Of a stretch of DNA of 64,000 bases, positions 15,531-35,997 are shown piece after piece. The position numbers were made by a program, and so were the translations under genes. Numbering within the stretch: position 1 is the first letter of the stretch; each line of letters begins with the position of its first letter. The notes beneath the pieces were generated by a model that was given only the letters and a program-made list of their open reading frames with translations, made no database searches and was not told where the DNA came from. Origin of the DNA: the human T2T-CHM13v2.0 reference genome, Homo sapiens. The stretch lies in assembly GCF_009914755.1 (NCBI RefSeq), contig NC_060947.1; one strand, given 5' to 3'.

Positions 15531-16307
15531 CTTTCTGGGATATGTCTCTTTTGTCATCTTTTCTACAACATTCAATTCATGTGTGGGAACTCCAGAGGTC
15601 CTGCTGCAATAAGTCAATAAAGACAGGTAGACCTGTATATTGCTGACAGGCTGACTGACAGATGCTGCATATGAATAATCTGACCCAAATAACTTTCAAT
15701 GCAGCACAAGGAGAGAATGCATCCAATATTGCCTCCTAAAGAAAAATCCAAGGAGAGTCTTGGCTAGGGACTGTGTTGGCAGTACATTTTTTGGATAATT
15801 TATCTCCACTTGAAATAGCACAGGGTGAACTATGAATGACAACTAGCATCTGCACTATACTTTCCATCTACTAAGTACCTATCACACAATGGTCAAAAAA
15901 CCATCACCATTTACTGTGCAAGTTTGGACAAGACACTAGTACATTCTCTGAACTTCAGTTTCTTCTAAGACTGGAGCCCCCCACCCATTTCTTCTATACT
16001 CATGGCTGATCTCAGTACAACTCTTCCCTAATGTGGTTCGCCATCTCTTCTCTTTCTCCCTCTGTCCCTTTTCCTAACCCTCTCTCCCTCTATCATTCAC
16101 TCCCTCCATTCCTCACCTCTCACTGCCTAGGGCCACACATTCCCCACTCTCTGCCCAGGAAAAAGAGTTCTGTCACACTTACACAGTACTTTGTGGTTTA
16201 CAAAGCCCTTTTACATCCTTCTCCCTTGATCTGTCAAGCCTCAAATGTGTGTAGAACTTGACAGTTGAACAAGCCTTTGCACATTCATTTTTAAAATCCA
16301 GTTTTCA

Positions 16308-16467
16308 GGCCAGGTGCAGTGGCTCATGCCTGTAATCCCAGCACTTTGCAAGGCCTAGGCAGGAGGATTGCTTAAGGCTAGGAGCTTGAGACCAGCCCGG
16401 ACAACATGGTGAGACCCTGTTACTGTTTAAGAGAGAGATTGAGAAATAGAGAGAGTGAGAGAGAGAG
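16308..16467 (+). mobile_element. Free left Alu monomer (FLAM-like) with a (GA)n tail
   Basis: Single monomer ggccaggtgcagtggctc...gagaccctgtt; degenerate TSD aaatccagttttca / aaatctaggtttca. Confidence 0.8.
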
Positions 16468-16496
16468 AAATCTAGGTTTCAGTGTGGTATAGTGGA

Positions 16497-16680
16497 GTGG
16501 TCCGCAAACCTAGCTACATATCAGAATCACCTGGAAAGCTTGTGTGCATTACAGATTCCAGGGCCTCATCTTACCATATGATTCAGAGTCTCTGTAGGTG
16601 GTTTTCTTTTAGCATCTCGGTGAAATTCCTTAAACTTGTTTTTGACTCAGCCAAATTAATCTGCCACCCTTGTGAGTAAT
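16497..16680. mobile_element. MER5-type (hAT-Charlie) DNA transposon relic
   Basis: agtggtccgcaaac...catatcagaatcacctggaaagctt...cagattccagggcctcatc pattern. Confidence 0.55.
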
Positions 16681-17333
16681 AGGAATACTGCTCAAACACA
16701 GGGCTCTCTGCAAACGGGCAGAGGGAATAGGATTTTCTCTCATACCTCTCTGGATTGAGGGCTTTTCATTTTTCACTTTGATGTTCTTAATATTAGGGTG
16801 ATGCTCAGGCAACAGGGAAGGGACCAGGGAGCACTGATACATACATGGTAAGAACAGAGGATGACCCTCAACCTGGAAGAAGGCTTTACGAAGCAAGTGG
16901 GGGTATGCAGGATTGGGATACTTCTATTTGCCTGGAATCAACTCGCTGTAGCAAGAATGATAATTGGCTTGGCTATAAGGATGGATAAAGTTTCACATCA
17001 ACAGGTGTAACTGATATTGAATTGGATTTCCTGTAGAAGGCTTTATCAATGTGGGTCAACTTTGCAAATATTTCCACCTGGAAACAATGGAATAGTTACA
17101 ATTATTTCAATCCCCTTTCCAGTTTGAGTTGTCAATTCATTCGTTGTATGATTAATTGATTCAATATTTTCTGAGCACTTACTGTATATCAGCGTATGCA
17201 CTGAATTCTGGGGGTAAAATAGTGAAGAAGAAGATCAAAGAAGGTCAAAGTTTTTTTTTTTTTTGTCCTCACAGGGCTCACGGTTTAGTGGGAGATGTAA
17301 TCACTAACAAATGTATACTTAGTGAAAAGTGCT

Positions 17334-17694
17334 TGCTATGGTCTGAATGTTTTTGTCCCACCAAAATTCTTGTTAATATCCTAACCCTCAAAGTGATGGT
17401 ATTAGGAGGTGGAGGCTTCCAAAAGGAGATTAGGTCACAAGGTTGAAACCTTCATGAATGGAATCAGTGCCCTTATAAAATAGGCCCTTGGGAGCTCATT
17501 TGCCCCTTCCACCATCTGAGGATGCAGCAGGAAGATGGATTTTTTAAACCAAGAAGTGGGTCCTCACCAGACACTTAATATGCTGGTGGCTTTTTCTTGA
17601 CTTCTCAGCCTCTAAAACTGTGAGAAATAAATTTGTGTTTTTTATTAGCTACTCCGTTCATGATACTCTGTTATAGCAGCCTGAGCAGACTAAG
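17334..17694 (+). mobile_element. MaLR solo LTR, MLT1A-like, next to an L2 fragment (~17135-17310)
   Basis: tgctatggtctgaatgtt...gtgatggtattaggaggtgg...aactgtgagaaataaatt...gttatagcagcctgagcagactaag. Confidence 0.85.
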
Positions 17695-18249
17695 TGATGT
17701 AAAATAAAATTACAGAATAGTGAAAGAAACAAGATACACTCAGATTTCAAAGATGTTAAAATGTTTTTTAAAAGGCACACCTGAAAATTGATGAACTTTC
17801 CTAAAAGACTCGTTGTAAATATTAAATGAGTTAATATATGCAAAGCCTAGAGAATAGATCCTGGAACATAATAAGTATTCAATGAATATTAACTAATATT
17901 GCCGCCATTCTCTAGGGTTGTTTGGAGGAGTTAATGCAATAAGGTTGGTCAGTACATCTGGTATAGGATTTAGCACCAGGTAGAAAGCCCATGCATGTGA
18001 AATGCATTAGGTTGTGTAGGTGTCATGATAGTGTCAGTGGAGGTGTTCTGGCTTGTGTCAGATGATTTGGACAGAATGAGAGGAGAAAATTGTTGAGGGC
18101 CCTGTTTCCATGAGTTTATTTCATTGTGAGAACAAGCAATTTAGCTCTTGCCACCTTACTGTGATGTTCCCACTCCTTTCATTGCTCTTCGTTGTGGGTG
18201 TCTCATGAAGCTGAGGGCTGGGGCAGGCTGTGGGGCTCCAGAAGACTGA

Positions 18250-18573
<324 letters not shown>

Positions 18574-18829
18574 TGACTGAAGGAGAGGACTAGAGCCAAC
18601 TCAGGCTGTACTGATGTCTCAGTGGTCTCACAATGTGGTTTGCTTTAAATGGAAATAAAATTTATTCTGCAGCTCTCTGAGCTATTTTCCTGATTTCAGT
18701 ACTCCCAGTCTGAAGCATCCACTGAAAATCACAGCTCACAAGTTCGCTGGGTTGTCGATGTAATATTCCTGAGATTTACCCCCTCCTGCTATTTCTAGTA
18801 CCCAAGGAGAAAGATATCTAAGTGCCCTT

Positions 18830-19760
18830 ATAAGGGGCAGCAGAAAAAGACTGGATATGGAATTCAAAATCTTAGATTCCAGCTCTGACCAATTTCAGCT
18901 CTGACACCTGTATATGTGCTACCTTGGGCAAACTATTTCAGTTCTTGAAATGTCAGTTTCCTCATCTGCAAAAGAATAGTCCTTCTCTACGTGGGTAAGT
19001 CATCCTCTTCAACCAAAGAAAAGTGATGTAAAGGGGATGATGAGAGATAAAAATGATTCAACCTTGAGAGTCAATGCGGTAACAAGATACCATACCTGGA
19101 ACCCTTTCATATCAGAATGAGATAATGGATGAGAAAATGTATAATAAGCACAAGGGCTGATATGGTAAGTTCTTAAGAATTACTAGTTTTCTTCTTTCTA
19201 TGCTTTCTTTTTCAGAGGAAAAATAAGTATTTTGGAACCTCTTCCTGACACCTTCCCATGAGAAGCTTGGATAAGGTCATTAAGCTGCTTTATTAGCAGA
19301 TAGCAGATTAGCTTGTTTGAGTAAAGCAACTCATTAGTGAGGCCAACAGGCCCAATTCATCTCCCCTTTGGGTGATTTATTTTTGCTGTTCTCATTCACC
19401 ATGGATAATACAAAGGACATTATGTCAGCTTATTTGAACTGGCGGAGATGCATATCAGAGGTGGAAATATACACACTGTCCATGTGAGGGAGGGGCTGGT
19501 TTGGTGTTTTCCTTTCTCATTGCTCTTAGAACATCAAAGCTCACCTTATGATGGAGGGGGAGGGATGAGACAGTATTGACTCAGACAACATCAGAATTCA
19601 AAGGGACCTCAAATATCGCCCAGCTTAATTCCTTCTCCCTTCATTTGGCAAATAGGGAGATTGTAGCCTAAAGAGAGTTTGGCCCAAGGGTCTCACAAAT
19701 TGTCAGTGTCAGAGCTGAGACTGTTGACTCCTGGTTAACTACTCATTTCACAGATGCATT
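18830..19760. mobile_element. Two MIR fragments (~18830-18980 and ~19580-19760) in otherwise unique sequence
   Basis: accttgggcaaactattt...tcagtttcctcatctgcaaaa; ccttcatttggcaaatagggag...ggcccaagggtctcaca. Confidence 0.6.
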
Positions 19761-20699
19761 GTGCTTCCGTGAAATTATTTTCAGTTCCCAAAATGACACC
19801 TCATCGTGTTCTAAGATTATTTTGAGAGTGGAAGCCAAACTCCATGAATTGTATAGTGAGGTGAATGGTGTCCCTGAAAGGGCAGCAATCATTTAATCAA
19901 AGAGTCTGATTAGCCTGGAGGAGATCCTTAGGCTCCACAGTCATGGTGTCTTTCTGGCTTTCTGGAATACATTAGCTGTTTGTCTGTTCCTTTTTTCCCC
20001 AAGACTGGAGGAAGTATGGCTGCTCTGGCCTGAACTCCACATTCTCCATGTCCTGGCCTCTTGCAGACTAGCTGTCAACTTTGTGGAAGGCCTTCCCTAC
20101 CCCCACCCAACTATGATGTTGGTACATGCTAGAAAGTTTATACCAACATGGGTAGACCTGGCCAAGAATTGGAGTTTCTTCTACAAAGGAAAAAGAAGAA
20201 GACTGTATTGAGCATGAGGGTGTAGATGAACAGATAGTTAAACTGGTGAATAATGAGAAAGACTAAAGAACAAAATAATCTGCAGAAAGATCCACAAAGC
20301 AAAGAAACTTGGGTGCAGATTCAGCCCCCATTTTACTTTTGGACTATTATTGTAAAGCACAAGGGCATTCATCTTCTGAATCTTTAAAAGATCCAAAACT
20401 TGGCATTCAACACTCTCCATGGAATCACCAACCTACCATGCTCTCCCATAAAACCTATGCCTCAGACCCATTCTATACTACTTATTTTTCTTTTTTTATT
20501 ATTATACTTTAAGTTCTAGGGTACATGTGTACAACATGCAGGTTTGTTACATAGGCATACATGTGCCATGTTGGTTTGCTGCACCCATCAACTCGTCATT
20601 TACATTAGATATTTATCCTAACGCTATCCCTCCCCCAGGCCCCTACCTCCCAACAGGCCCTGGTGTGTGATGATCCCTTCCCTGTGTCCAAGTGTTCTC

Positions 20700-25172
<4,473 letters not shown>

Positions 25173-25239
25173 TATGATGTTAGCTGGTTATTTCGCCCAT
25201 TTATTGATGCATTTTCTCCATAGCATCTACTGTCTTTAC

Positions 25240-26255
25240 AATTTGGCATGTTTTTACAGTGGCTGATACCGGTTGTTCTTTTCATGTTTAGTGCTTCCTT
25301 CAGGAGCTCTTGTAAGGCAGTCCTGGTGGTGACAAAATCTCTCACATTTGCTTGTCTATAAAGGATTTTATTTCTCCTTCACTTATGAAGCTTAGTTTGG
25401 CTGGATACGAAATTCTGGGTTGAAAATTTTTTTCTTTAAGAATGTTGATTATTGGCCCCCACTCTCTTCTGGCTTGTAGGGTTTCTGCCGAGAGATCTGC
25501 TTTTAGTCTAATGGGCTTCCCTTTGTGGGTAACCTGACCTTTCTCTCTGGCTGCCCTTAACTTTTTTTCCTTCATTTCAACCTTGGTGAATCTGACAATT
25601 TTGTCTTGGGGTTGCTTTTCTCGAGGAGTATCTTTGTGGTGTTCTCTGTATTTCCTGAATATGAATGTTGGCCTGCCTTGCTAGGTTGGGGAAGTTCTCC
25701 TGAGAATATCCTGAAGGCTGTTTTCCAACTTGGTTCCATTCTCCCCGTCACTTTCAGGTACATCAATCAAACGTAGATTTGGTCTTTTCACACAGTCCCT
25801 CATTTCTTGGAGGCTTGTTCATTTCATTTTACTCTTTTCTCTCTAAACTTATCTTCTCACTTTATTTCATTAATTTGGTCTTCAATCACTGATATCCTTT
25901 CTTCCACTTGATTGAATAAGCTATTGAAGCTTGTGTATGCTTCACGAAGTTGTCATACTGTAATTTTCAGCTCCGTCAGGTCATTTAAGCTCTTCTCTAC
26001 AGTGGTTATTCTACTTAGCCATTCGTCTAACCTTTTTTCAAGGTTTTTAGCTTTCTTGTGATGGGTTAGAACATGCTCCTTTAGCTCAGAGAAGTTTGTT
26101 ATTCCTGACCTTCTGAAACCTACTTCTGTCAACTAGTCAAACTCATTCTCCATCCAGTTTTCTTCCCTTTCTGGCAAGGAGTTGTGTTCCTTTGGAGGAG
26201 AAGAGGCCATCTCGTCTTTGGAATTTTCAGCCTTACTGCTCTGGTTTCTCCCTAT
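25240..26255 (-). pseudogene. Disrupted L1 ORF1
   Basis: MKEKKLRAAREKGQVTHKGKPIRLKADLSAETLQARREWGPI (25342-25575). The start codon reads ATA at 26255-26253. Confidence 0.85.
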
Positions 26256-28047
26256 CTTTTTGGTTTTATCTCCCTTCAGTTTTTGATGTTGGTGACCTAT
26301 GGATGAGGTTTTGGTGTGGATGTCTTTTTTGTTGATGCTGATGCTATTCCTTTCTGTTTGTTAGTTTTCCTTCTAACAGACAGGCCCCTCAGCTGCAGGT
26401 CTGTTGGAGTTTGCTGGAGGTCCTCTCCAGGCACTGTTTGCCTGGGTATCACCAGTGGAGTCTGCAGAGCAGCAAATATTGCTGCCTGATTATTCCTCTG
26501 GAAGCTTCGTCCCAGGGGGGCATCCACCTGTATGAGGTGTCTGTCGGCCCCTACTGGGAGGTGTCTCCCAGTCAGGCTACACAGGGGTCAGAGACTCACT
26601 TGAGGAGGCAGTCTGTCCATTGTTGGAGCTCAAACGCCATGCTGGGAGAACCACTTCTCTCTTCCGAGCTGTCAGGCAGGGACATCTAAGTCTGCAGAAG
26701 CTGTCTGCTGCCTTTTGTACAGATATGCCCTGCCCCCAGAGGTGGAATCTAGAGAGGCAGTAGGCCTTGCTGAGCTGTGGTGGGCTCCACCCAGTTTGAG
26801 CTTCCCTGCCACTTTGTTTACACCGTGAGCATAGAACTGCCTACTCAAGCGTGAGTAATAGTGGATGCCCCTCCCCTGCCAAGCTCCAGTGTCACAGGTC
26901 AATCTCAGACTGCTGCGCTAGCACCAAGCAAGGCTCCGTGGGTGTGGGACCTGCCGAGCCAGGCATGGGGAGGGAATCTCCAAATCTGCTGGTTGCGAAG
27001 ACCCCTGGGAAAAGTGCAGTATTTGTGCAGGAGTGTACCATTCCTCCAGGTACAGTCATTCATGGCTTCCCTTGGCTAGGAAAGGGAAATCCCCTGACCC
27101 CTTGCACTTCCCGGGTGAGGCGATTCCCTGCCCTGCTTCGGCTCACCCTCCATGGGCTGCACCCACTGTCCAACCAGTTCCAATGAGATGAACCAGTTAC
27201 CTCAGCTGGAAATGCAGAAATCACCCGTCTTCTCTGTTGATCTTGCTGGGAGCTGTAGACTGGAGCTGTTACTATTTGGTCATCTTGGAAGCAACCTAGT
27301 TATTTATCATGAAACACATTTATTCTTCTATTCTCAAGAGTCCTCAATAGTGGTGATAGAGTTAGAACTTGAACTCAGGCTTCCTAACTCCAGAATCAGT
27401 GTTCTTTACATTTAATTATGCTTCTTGTGTAATTTATTTCTGCTTTTTAATCATGCATGATTACATTGGCAAATAATAATAGCACACAATTATTAATGTT
27501 CATGGAGGAATAGCCATGTTCAAAGATCTTGATATTGCATTATCTCATTTAATCTTAACAACATTTCAAAGATATAGGTGTTATTTTCCAGGTGAGGAAG
27601 CTGAGGCTCAGAGATATCATGTAATTTGTGCAAAATTTCACAGATAACAAATTGTGAGAACAGGATTCAAATCTCGATGTCTGACTGACTTCAGTGCCTG
27701 TGCTCATAAATACTACTTTATTCTGTTGTTTTAAAGGATACTTTTGACCTACCTTGAGTGGAGCATGTGATTTGGCTTGTGTCCCAAGGAAAAGTGACAG
27801 TCTCCATAAACAGCAGTACTTTATGACTGACAGAAAGCATCTATGAAATAGATGAATGAAAAGAAGAAAGGCTGTCTGTGTTTGGACAATTTAAATCTTT
27901 TTGTTGGAATCAACCTGCTTCCAAGAAAGATGTAACTCATGCCCTAGCCTCACTACCAGATGACCTGGAGGACTTTTTCCAAGTCTGAGACTTACTCTTT
28001 TAGAGGAATATTAACAAACTACTATTGGCTCAGAGGACAAAAAGTCA

Positions 28048-28457
<410 letters not shown>

Positions 28458-28559
28458 AAATTGATATTCTCATTCTTGACTCTTCCCTCTCTCTAATGCC
28501 CATGTTCAGTCACCAATCATGTAGTTGTATCTCTTGAATATCTCTCAACTATCTAATAA

Positions 28560-29800
28560 ATATTTGAAGATGATAAAATAAAATAATTCACAAAAAGAAA
28601 CCTGAATAGTTCATTAGTAAATAAAAATTTATTCAGTTTATTGGTTAACAGAGAAGTATGTGTTAAAACAATGAAAAGCCACTTTACATGGATACGATTG
28701 ACAAAAAGTAAGAGAAAAACACTAAGTATTGGTGAGCATACCAGGAAATAGGCACTACTCAGGCACTACTGGTGGGAGGGTAATCTGAAGAACAATCTGA
28801 CAATACTTTGTGAAATTATGTGTGTGTTATTCCTTCCTTCTACTTTCTTTGGGCTTATTATACTTTTCCTTTTATAACTTTTTAAGTTGGATGTTTATAC
28901 CTTCAATTTTGAGCCTTTTGTCTTTTCTAATGTAAACACTTATAGCCAAAAATTTCTTAACAGATACTGCTTTAGTCTTGTTATGTACTATTTTATTTTT
29001 TCAGCTCTAAATATTCTCAGATTTCCCATTGATATCTTCTTTGATTCATGAGTTGTTTAAAAGTATATTTTTTCTATACCTAAATGTCTCTTTAATTATC
29101 TTTTTGCTATTAATTTCTAAATTAATTGCATTCTGTTGAGCTGCAGGATACCAATTATTTGCAATTTTTTGAGGTTAACTTTATGGTATAATTTTCACAA
29201 ATGCTCGTTCATGCCTTAAAATATGTATTCTTCAATGGCTGGGTGCAAAATTCTATAATATGTGTATTATTTCAAATGTGTTCATCATTTTGTTCAAGTT
29301 GCCTATATCTTTACTGACTTTTTGTTTGCTTCATCAACACTGAGAAAAAGGTGTGTTATATTTCGTATTTTAGTAGTGTAATTTGTCAATATCTCCTTGC
29401 TCTTCCATTTTTAATATATTTTTTGACCTACACAGTTAGATACATATGATTATCCTTGCTATATTTGTTAAATTTTTCCTTTTATTACTATGTAATGACC
29501 ATTTTTACCCCTACCAATGCTTTTTGCTTTACAATCTATTTTGGCTGATATTAATATAGCCACAAGGGCCTTTTTTTGTTACTGGTACTATTTGTCTGTT
29601 ATGTTTTCTTCCATACTTTGACATCCACCTTTTTCTCTGCCCTTATGTTTTAGATATATCTAGTGTGAAATTCTTATAGCAAGATTAAAAAAAAAAAGTA
29701 CGATGACATTTGTCTTTTAACTGGATAAATTTGTGTATTTACACTTGTAATTAGTGGCAATTTTAATTTATTTTATAAACTTATGTCTTTTTCTGTGTGT
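28560..29800. mobile_element. Very old L1M fragments (+ 3' piece ~28560-28830; - ORF2 piece ~28830-29800)
   Basis: AT-rich degenerate L1 motifs, e.g. tctattttggctgatattaatatagc and tttgtcttttaactgg. Confidence 0.65.
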
Positions 29801-29810
29801 CCCATTTATT

Positions 29811-30094
29811 TTATTTATTTATTTTAGTTTTTGAGAGAGGGTCTCAGTCTGTGGCCTAGGCTGGAGTGCAGTGGCAGAAATATGGCTCACTGCAGCCTTG
29901 ACCTCCTGGACTCAGGCAATCCTCCTGCCTCAGCCTACAACATAGCTGGGACCACAGGCATGCATCAACATGCCTGACTAATTTTTTTTTTAATTGAGTG
30001 ACCAGGCTAGTATTGAACTCCTGAGCTCAAGTGATCCTCCTACCTCAGCCTCCCAAAGTGCTGGAATTACAGGCATGAGCCACCATGCCCGACT
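29811..30094 (-). mobile_element. AluJ-type with an internal deletion
   Basis: gctcactgcagccttgacctcctgg AluJ diagnostics; TSD gtcccatttatt at 29799-29810 and 30096-30107. Confidence 0.85.
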
Positions 30095-30141
30095 AGTCCC
30101 ATTTATTGTTTCCTCCTTTTTCCTGCTTTTTTTTCACCATA

Positions 30142-31244
30142 CGTGATGGTTAATTTTAGGTGTCACCTTGCCTGGATTAAGGGATATCCAGATAATTGGT
30201 AAAACACTATTTCTGCATATGTCTGTGAGGGTGTTTCCAGAAGAGATTAGCATTTGAATCAGTGGACCAAGGATCACCTGCCCTCGCCTAGTGTGGGCAG
30301 GCACTATCCAATTGGTTGGGGGCCCAGATAGAACAAAAAGGCAGAGTAAACAGAGGAAACGGAAATTCAAGCTCTCTGTTTTGGAGCTGAGACACTCATC
30401 TTCTCCTGACCTTGGACACCACAATTTTAGATTCTTAGGCTTTTGAACTCTGGGACTTGCACCAGCAGCTCCCCAAGGTTCTTAGGCCTTTGGCCTCAGA
30501 TTGAGAGTTACGCCATCAGCTCCCTTGGTTCTCAGGCCTTCAGACTTGGACTGAGGTACACCGTTGGCTTCCCTAGTTCTTCTGCTTGCAGATAGCAAAT
30601 GGTGGAATTTCTCAGCCTCCTTAATTGTACGAGCCAATTATCATAATAAATCATCTCTTATTTATCTTTATATATCTATGTATCCTATCAGTTCTGTTTC
30701 TTGGGAGAACCCTGACTAATATAGATTTTGGTATCAGAAGTGGTCTAGAGGAAAAGAATTTCAAGGTTGAGAGTCTTGAATTGTTTTTGGAGTTTCTGAA
30801 ACTGGCTCTTTAATCTGATTAGACTTAAAGATGCTTAGGAATCTATTTCCAACAGTAGAGAACACTGAGAAACCATGCCATGAACTGTATAGAGAGATAT
30901 GCAATATATCTACATTGGATACTCCTAATTAACCACTTATAAGAGACAAGGAACATAATGCCTCTGTATATAATAATTTGTACATTCGTAGAAAAGGAAA
31001 AAATATAATAATGTTGATTCGTTGCTCCTAACGTTTCTGGGAAAAGTGGTGAAAAAAAAATGAGCTTAGGGTTTTGAATTCCCAACTCAAACACTGCATA
31101 AATGACCTAAAAGCTTCTATGTGTGCCCTGAGGGAGAATCTTATCTTTCATAGCCACAGAGTGAAATAGCTGAAAATAAAAAATAAGTCCTCATAGCGCC
31201 ATTGACTGAATCATGAAAGTTGAACTCTCAGCCTCATAAAGTGT
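30142..31244 (+). mobile_element. ERVL: MLT2-type 5' LTR (30142-30723) plus the start of the internal region
   Basis: gtgatggttaattttaggtgtcacc...gagaaccctgactaatata is followed directly by the PBS-region gattttggtatcagaagtgg. Confidence 0.85.
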
Positions 31245-31948
31245 TGTATTAGTCTGTTTTCACACGTAAAGACGTACTTAAGACTGGGAAGAAAAAGGGG
31301 TTTAATTGGACTTCGAGTTTCAAATGGCTGGGGAGGATTCAGAATCATGGCGGGAGGTGAAAGGCACTTCTTACATGGTGATGGCAAGAGAAAGTGAGGA
31401 AGAAGCAAAAGCAGAAACCCCTGAAAAACCCACCAGATTTCGTGATGCTTAATCACTATCATAAGAATAGCATGGGAAAGACCAGCCCCCCTGTTTCAAT
31501 TACCTCCCCCTGGGTCCCTCCCACAATAGGTGGGAATTCTGGGAGATACAATTCAAGTTGAGATATGAGGGGGGACACAGCCAAACCATATCATTCTGCC
31601 CTGGCCCCTGCAAATCTTATGTCCTCACATTTCAAAACCCATCATGCCTTCCCAACAGTCCCCCAATGTCTTAACTCATTTCAGTATTAACCCCAAAGTC
31701 CAAAGTCTCATCTGAGACAAGGCAAGTCCCTTCCACCTTTGAGCCTGTAAAATCAAAAGCAAGCTAGTTATTTACTAGATTCAATGGGGGTACCAGTATT
31801 GGGTAAATACAGCTGTTCCTAATGAGAGAAACTGGTCAAAACAAAGGGGTTAAAGGCTCCATGCAAGTCCAAAATCCAGTGGGGTGGTCAAATTTTAAAG
31901 CTCCAGAATGTTCTCCTTTGACTCCAGGTCTCACGTCCAGGTCATGCT
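31245..31948 (-). mobile_element. THE1C-like 3' LTR (31245-31593) plus 3' internal fragment
   Basis: tgtattagtctgttttcacac...gggaagaaaaaggggtttaattggact...cagccaaaccatatca, followed by the polypurine-tract complement ttctgccctggcccct. Confidence 0.85.
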
Positions 31949-32958
<1,010 letters not shown>

Positions 32959-33480
32959 TTATATGGTTTGTCTCTGTGCCTTCACCCAAATCTCATCTCA
33001 AATTGTAATCCCCATATGTCAAGAGAGGGACCTGGTGGGAGGTGATTGGATCATGGGGGCAGTTTCCTCCATGCTGTTCCCTTGATGTGAGTGAGCTCTC
33101 ATGAGATCTGATAGTTTAAAACTGTTTGGCAGTCCCCCCATTTCTCTCTCCCACCATCATGTAAGATGTGCCTTGTTTCCCCCTTTGCCTCCTACCATGG
33201 TTGTAAGTTTCCTGAGGCCTCCCCAGCCATGTGGAACTGTGTGTCAATTTAAACCTTTTTTGTTTATAAATTGCCTAGTCTCAGGTAGTTCTTTATAACA
33301 GTGTGAAAAGGGATTAATATAGAAATTGGTACCGGGAGTGGGGCAGTAACATAAAGATACTTAAAAATGTGGAAGTGACATTGGAATTGCAAAACAGGTA
33401 GAGGTTGGAACTGTTTGGAGGGCTCAGAAGCAGACAGGAAGATGTGGTAAAGTATGGAACTTCATAGAGACTTGTTAAAG
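32959..33480 (+). mobile_element. MSTA-like 5' LTR (32959-33321) plus a short internal fragment
   Basis: atatggtttgtctctgtgcc...cccaaatctcatctcaaattgtaatcccc...gattaatata, then gaaattggtaccgggagtgggg. Confidence 0.85.
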
Positions 33481-33489
33481 ATGTTAAAG

Positions 33490-34740
33490 GGAGATAAAGG
33501 ACATCTTTTTTACAAGAAAAAAGGCAAAGACTTAACATTCAAGCTTACATCTGTAGGATGAGAATGCATCAGTCATGCAGAGAAAGGGAGAAAGGTTTTC
33601 TGGTAACATGTGAATACCTGAGATTCAAAAGTGCTTCTTGTGGTTGAAGAACTGAAGGAGGCCTAGGATGAATGAAAATAGTAGGCAAAATAATCAGTAT
33701 AGAAGCAGCCACACCATTCAGGGCCTTTTAGATTATAGTGTGAAATTTGGATTTCATTCTAAGTACAATGTAAAACCTTTGGAGGTTTTAAACCTGGGAG
33801 TGGCATGACGTAATGTAAATTTTAAGTCCTCTCTGTTCCTTGGGTGATGATTGGATTGGGTAGGAGTTATATGCAGAATGGAAAGATCAGTGAGGGAGTT
33901 ATGGCATAATCTGGGGGAAGATAATGTTGCTTGAACTAGGCAAGTAGCAGTGGTGATGGGAAGAATTAGGAAGATCTGAAATAAGTTTTGCAGATAGAAT
34001 TGTCAGGACCTACTACTGTGATGGATGTGGATAATATGGGAGATGGTAGAATCAAGAGTGACTCACAGATATCTGGTTTGAGCAATTGCGTGAGTAGTGG
34101 TGTTATTTACTACAAGGAGAAAAAACAGGAAGCAACAGATTTGACTAGTCATTTTAAAATTTTTGGTTATGTGGCTTCTTTGATTGATGGCTTCTCATTG
34201 CCTACCAAATTAAGTTGAGACTCCTTGGATCAGTCCTTTAGACTCTCCACCATTGGGTCCTTTCTACCTTCTTAGCCATATCTTTCATTATACCTCTTAA
34301 CACTACAACCTTTCATTCAAACACATTGAATTACTTGTATTTCCCTAAATAAATCTTCTATTAATGAGTAATGTGTGCCTCTACTCACATTCTACTCCTT
34401 TCTGGATTGCCAAATGTGCATATCTTGACCTGTTGAAATCATATATATTGTCAAAGAAAAACAAAAGAAATCATATATATTGTCAAAGTCCCAGTGAATA
34501 TGCCACACTCCCAGAAACTTTCCAATGGCTCAGTTGGCATGAATTTCTTTCGTCTACATGACCATCACACTTTACCTATAATTGTCAAGAAACTTTATCA
34601 ATTCGTCCTTGTGACTAGATCTCTTACTACACTGTAAGATCCTTGTGTCTAAATTACCGCTGGATCCCCAGTGCTTGGCCCAATGCCAAATAAAGAATAA
34701 TACAAACACAGTAAATGCTTAATGAAATGCATTGTGCTAT
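33490..34740. mobile_element. L2 fragments (- ~33490-34140; + ~34190-34740)
   Basis: ttggatttcattctaag...ttggaggttttaa; actacactgtaagatcctt...cccagtgcttggc...taaatgcttaatgaaatg. Confidence 0.6.
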
Positions 34741-35496
34741 GTGACCTTGGAAAAATCTCTTTTCTTCTCTGGGGATCCAGAAATAATTTAGACACTGTCA
34801 CTGCTAATGATTTCCTCTGTGACACTGAGTCTCCCCTCACCACCTCACCTTCATCATAACCATGCCCTATTTCTCTTTACCTTATGAGTTGCCAAATAAA
34901 TAAAGGCTTTAATTCCTGTTTGAAAGCAGCAGACCTTTCCCTGTTCTTCCACACTTGTAGATGCTAATAGCTACTACTGCCTCAGTGTGGATTAATTTTG
35001 ATTTCTTCTTTAGCTTATGAGAGTTGAAGAGAGGGATAGAACAAGATATTCTTGAGTACTTAGAATTGTGGGTAGACAGCAAATCCTGACACTAAAGTGA
35101 GAGAAAGTACAGATTTTGAAGCTGGGACCAAAGTTTTAACCAACTTGGCAGAATGGCCCCAGGTCAGGGATGCGTGTAGAGAATGCTGGGAGCAGAGGAT
35201 GCTGATTTTGAAGTGACTGCTTGGGATGGAGAGGTAACTTAAACTGGAAGCCTTTCCAGGGTGCTCAGGCATAAGATAGCTATCACCCCTGTCCTAGAGC
35301 ATGTGGACTGTGGCCTGGCTATCAGTGAGCTCATCAGATTGGCTCAGGGAAGGGGACCTGTCCAGGAGGCAAACATAAAGAGGAAATTTCGAGATGAGCT
35401 CATCTTGAGGCCAAAAAATAAAAATGAAAAAAATACCAGAGGCACTAAATGGGCAATGAACTAAAGAAACCCAATCTCATAGAAAATCAGATTGTT

Positions 35497-35997
<501 letters not shown>

